NCBI GenBank assembly: GCA_001789395.1
Contig: MFZK01000017.1
Coordinates: 1-52,682, forward strand
Length of the DNA stretch: 52,682 nt
Reading direction: 5' to 3'
DNA from: Candidatus Roizmanbacteria bacterium RIFCSPHIGHO2_02_FULL_37_13b
GTDB taxonomy: Bacteria; Patescibacteriota; Microgenomatia; UBA1406; HO2-37-13b
Each line of letters opens with the position of its first letter. The stretch's first letter is position 1. The notes under the pieces were generated by a model. The model had not been told where the DNA came from and ran no database searches. It was given only the letters and a program-made list of their open reading frames with translations. The position numbers were made by a program, and so were the translations under genes. This document shows, piece by piece, positions 7,421 to 13,704 of this stretch.

Positions 7421-9772
7421 ATGAATTCTATAGCTTTACGTATAATATTATCGGTTTTGATATGTTTTAATATAGTATTTTATCCTCTTTCAATATATTC
7501 ACAGGAAGTCGAACCAACACCAACTATAGATGAATCACCTACGCCTACGACGGTTGTTGAAAGTACGCCAACACCATTTTCAGAATTCGTTGACCTATCA
7601 CCTACTCCGGTTGATGAGATAACGCCAATAGTTGATATCACTCCGACCCCGACAATACCACTTGACGCTGATCTACAAATCGTCAATAGTGGCGATGATA
7701 CAAGCGTAAGTGCGACAGACAGCAGCAGTCTAACTGTAAATATAGAAAGCACCAATAGCGCTCAAGTAGATAATTCTGTGAATCATGACGTAAATACGGG
7801 TGATAACATTTCCGACAATCCTGTCTCAAACTCAGATGTCAAAACAGGCGAGGCTAAATCAGATGTTGTTATAGTTAATGAAGTCAATCAAGCTATAGTC
7901 GGAGGTGAAATCACTCCTGTTTTAGTCAATATCACAGAGGATCATCAAGGAGAGATAGATTTATCGATGATTCAACCATGTCTTGATAAATTATTCGGAT
8001 CAGAAGGTCAACAATCATATATCGTCAATACAGGTGACAATGTTGACATTCAAAATGATAAAAAGGAAACTACGGATACAACTATCACTGTAAATAACGA
8101 CGCGACAATTAATAATGATGTTAAGGTAAAGATCAACACCGGATCAAACGATGTCAACGGATTAAATGCTTCCCTTACTACAGGCGATGCTCAATCAAAT
8201 GTATTTATCTATAATGGAGCAAATACAACGCTTGTAGGTGATTGTAACATTTTTACAATAATCAATCTTTTTAAAGATCAAAATGGAAACATCATTCTTC
8301 CCTATGAACTTGGTATGACCGAGCTTGATTCCGGGTTGCCGGCTATATACTACAAATTAGATGTCACAAATTCCGGTGATAATCTTGATATAAATCAACA
8401 ATCATCAACTAATGATTCAACAACAATTGATACTCAAAACAATGCTGATGTCACAAGCAATGTCAATTCTGACGTCAATACCGGCGGTAATCAGATTTCA
8501 GGTATCTGGAATGGACTCATTTCGACGGGAAATGCCACTTCAACAGTCAAAATGGTTGATGCCATCAACACGACAATTGTCGGTGACCGATGGATGATGC
8601 TAAAAATTAATATTTTGGGTAATTGGTCGGGCAATATCATCGGCTTTGATGGCCCATATATTCGAGGTGAGAACTACATTATTCTTTTTTTCAGAATTCC
8701 TGCGAGTGATGGATCGGGCAACGCGCAATCAACTAATATCGTAAACAGTGGCGATAATTTATCGCTTGATCAAATAAATGAATATTCAAACACTCTTAAA
8801 GTCAATACAAATAATACCGCATCCGTGACAAACAATGTCGACGTCACCGCAAATAGCGGAAATAACCAAGTGTCAGGCATAAATACTTCGCTTAAAACAG
8901 GAGATGCCACCTCAAATATCAGCATTTTCAATTTCTTGAATACGACCATAATCGGCAATAATTGGTACTTTGCCATAATAAATATCTTTGATAACTTTGT
9001 TGGCGATATAATCTTTCCTCGTCCTGACCTTGCTATAGCAAAATTTGTTGATAAAACTACTGCCTTGAAAAATGATCAACTGACATATACGATCAAATAT
9101 GCTAATATAGGGCGATACTATGCCAATAAAACGGTTTTGACTGATGTATTACCTCAAGATGTAGAATTCGTCACATCTTTACCTGCTCCAACCATTAATG
9201 GAAATAACTTATCTTTTTCTTTAGGACGACTAAAACCAGGATCTGTCGGTGAAATTTCGATTCAGGTAAAAGTAAAAGATATTGATGCATCATTTGATTT
9301 GATAAACAATGCCATAATCAAGACTGATACACCGGAATCAGATAAATCAAATAATAGTTCATCTGCCGTGACTAAGATAAGTTTCGCACCACCGCAAATA
9401 CAAACAAATGACAATGCCAATAATAATAATTCAGGTAATTCTTCAAACCAAAATAATCAATCGACGTCTACACCATCTAGTCAATCTAGTACGACTAATA
9501 TCATTCCGACACCAACTGAGATGCCGGTAATTGATACAAAAATCCCGGCTCCTTTATCTTACATCCGTTATTTATCAAAAACTAAGGAAAATCCGGCAGA
9601 AATCAATCAAGGATCAATTTTGGCTATTTCGGATAAAAACAATTGCGGGTTTATGTGTATGTTACGCAGTCTATTTTATAAGTACTGGATAATACCTGTG
9701 TTGTCATTGCTTTTGGTACCTTTAATTAGAAAAAGATACAAACTTAAAAAAATTACCTCCCGAAAAACCTGA
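7421..9772 (+). CDS. Secreted repeat protein C: PT-rich linker, four repeats, DUF11-like Ig domain, C-terminal TM anchor
   Basis: Signal peptide, SPTPT linker, IVN[ST]GD / N.A / NTG.N / TG[DE]A repeats, DLAIAKFVDK...LTYTIKYANIG...LTDVLP (DUF11 pattern), terminal TM plus RKRYKLKK. Confidence 0.8.
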   Translation: MNSIALRIILSVLICFNIVFYPLSIYSQEVEPTPTIDESPTPTTVVESTPTPFSEFVDLSPTPVDEITPIVDITPTPTIPLDADLQIVNSGDDTSVSATDSSSLTVNIESTNSAQVDNSVNHDVNTGDNISDNPVSNSDVKTGEAKSDVVIVNEVNQAIVGGEITPVLVNITEDHQGEIDLSMIQPCLDKLFGSEGQQSYIVNTGDNVDIQNDKKETTDTTITVNNDATINNDVKVKINTGSNDVNGLNASLTTGDAQSNVFIYNGANTTLVGDCNIFTIINLFKDQNGNIILPYELGMTELDSGLPAIYYKLDVTNSGDNLDINQQSSTNDSTTIDTQNNADVTSNVNSDVNTGGNQISGIWNGLISTGNATSTVKMVDAINTTIVGDRWMMLKINILGNWSGNIIGFDGPYIRGENYIILFFRIPASDGSGNAQSTNIVNSGDNLSLDQINEYSNTLKVNTNNTASVTNNVDVTANSGNNQVSGINTSLKTGDATSNISIFNFLNTTIIGNNWYFAIINIFDNFVGDIIFPRPDLAIAKFVDKTTALKNDQLTYTIKYANIGRYYANKTVLTDVLPQDVEFVTSLPAPTINGNNLSFSLGRLKPGSVGEISIQVKVKDIDASFDLINNAIIKTDTPESDKSNNSSSAVTKISFAPPQIQTNDNANNNNSGNSSNQNNQSTSTPSSQSSTTNIIPTPTEMPVIDTKIPAPLSYIRYLSKTKENPAEINQGSILAISDKNNCGFMCMLRSLFYKYWIIPVLSLLLVPLIRKRYKLKKITSRKT

Positions 9773-10214
9773 ACTTTAACCGATTGAATATACTTTGAAT
9801 TTGATTGTGAATATAATCACTTAAACTCGTAGTCTTAATTTTGTCTATATATGAGATAGTATCTGTGTTTAAAACGATATTATTTTTTTTTGATTCGTCG
9901 GTTGCTTGGGTTTGCGTTGTATAATTTCCGTTCTTATATTCAACAGAGTATAACCCGGGCTTATCACTTTCAACAATTTTTTTTTGACCATTAACATCGA
10001 CTTCTATTCTTGTTTTGGTTGTACCTGATTCTTTTTTTTCAACTTTTCCATTATTTTCGATAGTTACACTCTGACTACTTTGAGAATTTACATTAGTTTG
10101 AACTTGTACCTGTCCACTGCCTTGCTGAGTTACTTTTGTCTCAATTTTATTTGTCGCAGTTTCTGAAACCAGAAACAGAGGTAATAAAAAAATTGGTGAT
10201 AGCTGCTTTTTCAT
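9753..10214 (-). CDS. Small exported Gln/Asn/Thr-rich hypothetical protein (153 aa)
   Basis: True start MKKQLSPIFLLPLFLV at 10214; the longer ORF call overlaps the tRNA. Confidence 0.65.
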   Translation of the reverse strand: MKKQLSPIFLLPLFLVSETATNKIETKVTQQGSGQVQVQTNVNSQSSQSVTIENNGKVEKKESGTTKTRIEVDVNGQKKIVESDKPGLYSVEYKNGNYTTQTQATDESKKNNIVLNTDTISYIDKIKTTSLSDYIHNQIQSIFNRLKFRFFGR

Positions 10215-10216
10215 AG

Positions 10217-10288
10217 TGGCCGCTGGAGGATTTGAACCTCCGACATCTGCAATGTGAATGCAGCGCTCTACCACTGAGCTAAACGGCC
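10217..10288 (-). tRNA. tRNA-Val(CAC), CCA not encoded
   Basis: GGCCGTT acceptor pairs with AGCGGCC-A; D-arm GCTC/GAGC; anticodon stem CTGCA-TTCACAT-TGCAG; T-arm GGAGG-TTCAAAT-CCTCC. Confidence 0.95.
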
Positions 10289-10292
10289 ATAC

Positions 10293-10342
10293 AGCACCCT
10301 TCCTGCCTGCAGGTGCAGGTCTTCTATTGAGCTACGGGTGCT
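10293..10342 (-). pseudogene. tRNA-like remnant (GCACCCGTAGCTCAATAG...) with internal CCTGC/GCAGG hairpin
   Basis: AGCACCC pairs with GGGTGCT; TAGCTCA D-arm start; no anticodon arm or T-arm. Confidence 0.5.
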
Positions 10343-10598
10343 CCGCTTTTAAAAAATAATTTTTTAATATTCTCCGCAAATAATTTCTTCCCCATTGAGT
10401 TTTAAAGAATTTTTCTCTTGATGTTGCATCTTGTTGATTTAAATACGCCTCATAATAAATGACTTTCCAAGGTATTTTATATTTTGTACTATCAACTTCT
10501 CTATGATTATGTTCTTGGAGTCTTCTTTTAAGATTGTCTGTATACCCTTTATAAAGACTCTTATCTTTTAAACTCTCTAAAACATAGGTATAATACAT
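10332..10598 (-). CDS. Small stand-alone GIY-YIG nuclease (YhbQ/UPF0213-like, 88 aa)
   Basis: MYYTYVL...LYKGYTDNLKRRLQEHN...YYEAY...ATSREKFFKT. Confidence 0.88.
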   Translation of the reverse strand: MYYTYVLESLKDKSLYKGYTDNLKRRLQEHNHREVDSTKYKIPWKVIYYEAYLNQQDATSREKFFKTQWGRNYLRRILKNYFLKAEHP

Positions 10599-10607
10599 AT
10601 TTAACAA

Positions 10608-10680
10608 CGCTCTTCACCCGCGCAAATTTCATATATACTGTATTGAAATTTGAACGGGTAAACCACTGAGCTACGGATCA
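10608..10680 (-). repeat. Copy 1 of a 66-bp direct repeat (10608-10673): tRNA 5' fragment TGATCCGTAGCTCAGTGGT-[48-nt hairpin]-AGAGCG
   Basis: 10608-10673 is identical to 10728-10793 (period 120 bp). Confidence 0.85.
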
Positions 10681-10727
10681 ATAACATTAATTATAACGAA
10701 CTAAACATCTAGTTAAACTCTACTTGC

Positions 10728-10800
10728 CGCTCTTCACCCGCGCAAATTTCATATATACTGTATTGAAATTTGAACGGGTAAACCACTGAGCTAAACGGCC
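10728..10800 (-). repeat. Copy 2: tRNA-Val 5' fragment GGCCGTTTAGCTCAGTGGT-[48-nt hairpin]-AGAGCG
   Basis: 10782-10800 is identical to tRNA-Val 10270-10288; the insert 10734-10781 is palindromic. Confidence 0.85.
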
Positions 10801-10853
10801 TACCCTCCAAATTCTATTGTTATTTTACCAGAATTTAGCTAGAATCATAAGTT

Positions 10854-11462
10854 ATGGATCTTTTAAAAAAGGTTATCGAGTTTGTCATGGATATTCTGGA
10901 AACTGTGGTCTTTGTCGGCTCACTTTTCATCGTCAGCTACCTCTTTTTAATTGCTCCAAACCAGGTCAAAGGTGCTTCGATGGAACCAACTTTTGATTCG
11001 GGTGATTATATATTAACAAGCAAAATTTCTTATAAATTTTCTCATCCAAAAAAAGGAGATATTATCGTATTTGCATCCTTGAGAAATAAGGACATTGATT
11101 ATATAAAAAGAATTATTGGCATCCCGGGAGATAGAATAGTTATTAAAGATAATGAAGTTTACTTAAATGGCAATCTGATCAAAGAAGACTACATATCAGC
11201 AAAAACAACTATATTTGAAAGCGGTTTTATGAAGAATAACGTCGAGGTTACCGTACCGGAAGATTATTTATATGTCATGGGCGACAATCGACCTCGTTCC
11301 TCAGACTCAAGAGATTTTGGATTTATTCCAGCGACCAATGTCATTGGAAAAGTCATTTATCGCTATTTTCCTTTTAATAAATTGGGCGGAGTCAAAAACC
11401 CATTTCAAAGTATAATATTGCAGTATTTATTATCTGACAAACAAATCATTAATCTTTTTTAA
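10854..11462 (+). CDS. lepB: Signal peptidase I
   Basis: GASMEPT, YIKRIIGIPGD, MGDNRPRSSDSRDFG. Confidence 0.95.
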   Translation: MDLLKKVIEFVMDILETVVFVGSLFIVSYLFLIAPNQVKGASMEPTFDSGDYILTSKISYKFSHPKKGDIIVFASLRNKDIDYIKRIIGIPGDRIVIKDNEVYLNGNLIKEDYISAKTTIFESGFMKNNVEVTVPEDYLYVMGDNRPRSSDSRDFGFIPATNVIGKVIYRYFPFNKLGGVKNPFQSIILQYLLSDKQIINLF

Positions 11463-11972
11463 GACTTGAGTAGTCTTGTCTAAATTACCTCTTACCTGAA
11501 TGATTATTTTTGCTCTAACTCTTGTTTGGATAAATTCTATCTCCAAATATGGATCGACTTTTTTAAATAGATCGATAATATTTTGCCTAACTTCAGTTGA
11601 AAGTTTTTCTCCTTTGGGATCAATTTTGTAAATGTGTTGTCTTACTAAATCCTCAGTCTGCATCGTTGATAAATCATTCGTTAAAATTTTCTCATAAATA
11701 TGAATCAAAGTATTTTCGTTTTTGATTCTTGAGAGAATGATTAAATGTGTTATCGAAATAGTCTTTGATAAATAACCCTCGATAACAATATCGGGCAATC
11801 GTAGGACTCTTAGAAGTTGACAAATTTTCGATGGTGATTCTGAAAGAAGTCGACTTATATCGACTATTCGAAGACTTTTATCATTTTTCAATGCAAGTAT
11901 CAATGAAGCTTTTTCAAAAACATTATTTTCGTTTTTGATTTTATTGATAATTACCTCAACATCTTCATTCAT
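11430..11972 (-). CDS. ParB/Spo0J-like HTH protein lacking the N-terminal ParBc domain
   Basis: NVFEKA...ISRLLSESPSKICQLLRVLRLP...ISITH follows the Spo0J HTH region pattern. Confidence 0.6.
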   Translation of the reverse strand: MNEDVEVIINKIKNENNVFEKASLILALKNDKSLRIVDISRLLSESPSKICQLLRVLRLPDIVIEGYLSKTISITHLIILSRIKNENTLIHIYEKILTNDLSTMQTEDLVRQHIYKIDPKGEKLSTEVRQNIIDLFKKVDPYLEIEFIQTRVRAKIIIQVRGNLDKTTQVLKKINDLFVR

Positions 11973-12006
11973 GGCATTGTAAAGCGGAGAAAGATAAATA
12001 TCTTAA

Positions 12007-12261
12007 TTATTGACGAGGAACTACACTCACATACTGTTTATCATCACGTTTCTTAAACTGGACAATCCCATCCACAACAGCATATATTGTATAATCTCGA
12101 CCAAGTCTTGTCCCCTCTCCGGCCTGGCATTTAGTTCCTCTCTGGCGAATGATAACGTTTCCTACCTTGGCTTTTTGATTTCCATAAATCTTTACGCCTA
12201 ATCTTTTAGAGACGCTGTCCTTATTTCCCCGCGTTGTTTTTTGTGATTTAGTATGGGCCAT
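12007..12261 (-). CDS. rpmA: 50S ribosomal protein L27
   Basis: MAHTK...DSVSKRLGVK...GNVIIRQRGTK...GRDYTIYA. Confidence 0.97.
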   Translation of the reverse strand: MAHTKSQKTTRGNKDSVSKRLGVKIYGNQKAKVGNVIIRQRGTKCQAGEGTRLGRDYTIYAVVDGIVQFKKRDDKQYVSVVPRQ

Positions 12262-12269
12262 ATCTAGTT

Positions 12270-12297
12270 ATGAAACATGAAGCATGAAACTTGAAAC
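12270..12297. repeat. Heptamer tandem repeat (ATGAAAC-like, four units)
   Basis: atgaaac atgaagc atgaaac ttgaaac between rplU and rpmA. Confidence 0.7.
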
Positions 12298-12304
12298 ATT
12301 TTTT

Positions 12305-12613
12305 TTAAATTTTTAATATCTTTATTTTTGATAACTTGGCTCGAAAACCTTTGACTTTGTGATAACGAGTTTTGGATTTAAACCGAGCCACTCTGACTTT
12401 ATCACCCTTCAGGTTTTGAAGAACCTGAACTGAAACTTTTGACTTTGCATTTGGTGTTCCTAAGTCCAACTTTGCTCCATCATCGTCACTTATCAGCAAT
12501 GTTTCGAGTTCGATCTTTTCACCCTCCTTTTTGTTTAAGTTATCAACATATATCTCTTCTCCCTCACGGACAAAATATTGCTTATTACCTGATTTAATTA
12601 CTGCGAATGTCAT
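12305..12613 (-). CDS. rplU: 50S ribosomal protein L21
   Basis: MTFAVIKSGNKQY...KGDKVRVARFKSK...GFR; start at ATG 12613. Confidence 0.95.
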   Translation of the reverse strand: MTFAVIKSGNKQYFVREGEEIYVDNLNKKEGEKIELETLLISDDDGAKLDLGTPNAKSKVSVQVLQNLKGDKVRVARFKSKTRYHKVKGFRAKLSKIKILKI

Positions 12614-12669
12614 TTTCTCTATTATAAACAATATCACAAGGTTTCACAACTGAAATTGAAGTCAATTCA

Positions 12670-13704
12670 TCATAGAGAAAGGCAGAGTCCCAACATAATT
12701 AGGGTTGATACTATCGAAGAACCACCATATGAAATCAAGGGTAATGCTATTCCGGTGATCGGCAACATTCCCAAATTCATGCCTATATTGATGACTATTG
12801 ATGAAAAAATCATAAATACAACGCCATATAAAAACATATAGGTAAATCGACTATCAGAGCGCTTTTCTGCTTTTTTTACTAATCGATAAATAAGCAGCCC
12901 ATATAAAATAATTACTGTCAAACCACCAATGAAACCAAATTGTTCTGTCAAAGAAGCGAATGCAAAATCGGTATGATATTCCGGTAAAAAAAGGTAGCGT
13001 GCTTGAGTACCCAAACCTAATCCTCTACCCATAAATCCTCCTGAACCAACTGTTATCACTGATTGAATAAGGTTATAAGCTATTCCTTGAGTATCTATTT
13101 CGGGATTAACGAAGCTGATGATTCTATTTTTCTGGTAATCCTTTAAGAAATGCCAAAAAATGGGCAGACATATCAGACTGATTGCTGATATTGAAAGAAA
13201 ATTTCTGATGGAAAAACCTGCTAAATATAGAAGTCCGAAGAATGCTGAAGTATAAATTAGTGCATTTCCTAAATCCGGTTGCTTAAATATGATTAATGTT
13301 GGAATAAGAAACAGGAGAAAATATTTCCACCACTGATGTACACTTCCAGGCCTTTTTTTTGAGAATACTTCACATATAAAAATTAAGAAAAAAACTTTAA
13401 AGAATTCTGACGGTTGAAATTGAAAAAAATATAAATCTATCCAACGTCGACTACCTCTTACCAAAGACCCAAAAATAAAAGTTAATATCAGTAAAAATAA
13501 AGAAATTATATATATCGCTCGTGCATTTAGCCTAAAAAAACTTAGTCCTAAAAAATAGAATACAAATAGCAATCCATAACCAAAAAAGAAAAAAATTAAT
13601 TGGTTGCCAAAAAGATCCTTTTTTGTTCCAAGAATCGTGAATAGACTAAAAATTGCAAGTCCAACTGTCGAAATAAACATCCAAATATCGAAACTTCTTT
13701 TCAT
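12670..13704 (-). CDS. rodA: SEDS peptidoglycan glycosyltransferase, RodA type
   Basis: GSRRWI, QPSEF, QPDLG, GSGG, LPEYHTDF, TGIALPLISYGGSS; lies outside the dcw core. Confidence 0.85.
   Translation of the reverse strand: MKRSFDIWMFISTVGLAIFSLFTILGTKKDLFGNQLIFFFFGYGLLFVFYFLGLSFFRLNARAIYIISLFLLILTFIFGSLVRGSRRWIDLYFFQFQPSEFFKVFFLIFICEVFSKKRPGSVHQWWKYFLLFLIPTLIIFKQPDLGNALIYTSAFFGLLYLAGFSIRNFLSISAISLICLPIFWHFLKDYQKNRIISFVNPEIDTQGIAYNLIQSVITVGSGGFMGRGLGLGTQARYLFLPEYHTDFAFASLTEQFGFIGGLTVIILYGLLIYRLVKKAEKRSDSRFTYMFLYGVVFMIFSSIVINIGMNLGMLPITGIALPLISYGGSSIVSTLIMLGLCLSL

Noticed and set aside
4778-8976. Antisense ORFs within the repeat-protein genes (4778..5071, 5096..5338, 6055..6327, 7480..7755, 8770..8976)
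   Set aside because: Expected by-product of biased codon content on the coding strand; no independent signals.
3891-9772. Calling the repeat proteins CsgA, FapC, ice-nucleation or RTX proteins
   Set aside because: Repeat length and consensus do not match those families and no csg or fap secretion genes are present; only an analogy is claimed.
10215-10274. N-terminal extension of ORF 9753..10274
   Set aside because: It is a translation of the tRNA-Val gene; the real start is ATG 10214.
10608-10793. 66-bp direct repeat as a CRISPR array
   Set aside because: Only two copies, too long, tRNA-derived, and no cas genes in the window.
10608-10800. Complete intron-containing tRNA genes
   Set aside because: After removing the 48-nt insert, neither copy has an anticodon stem, a T-arm or a 3' acceptor strand.
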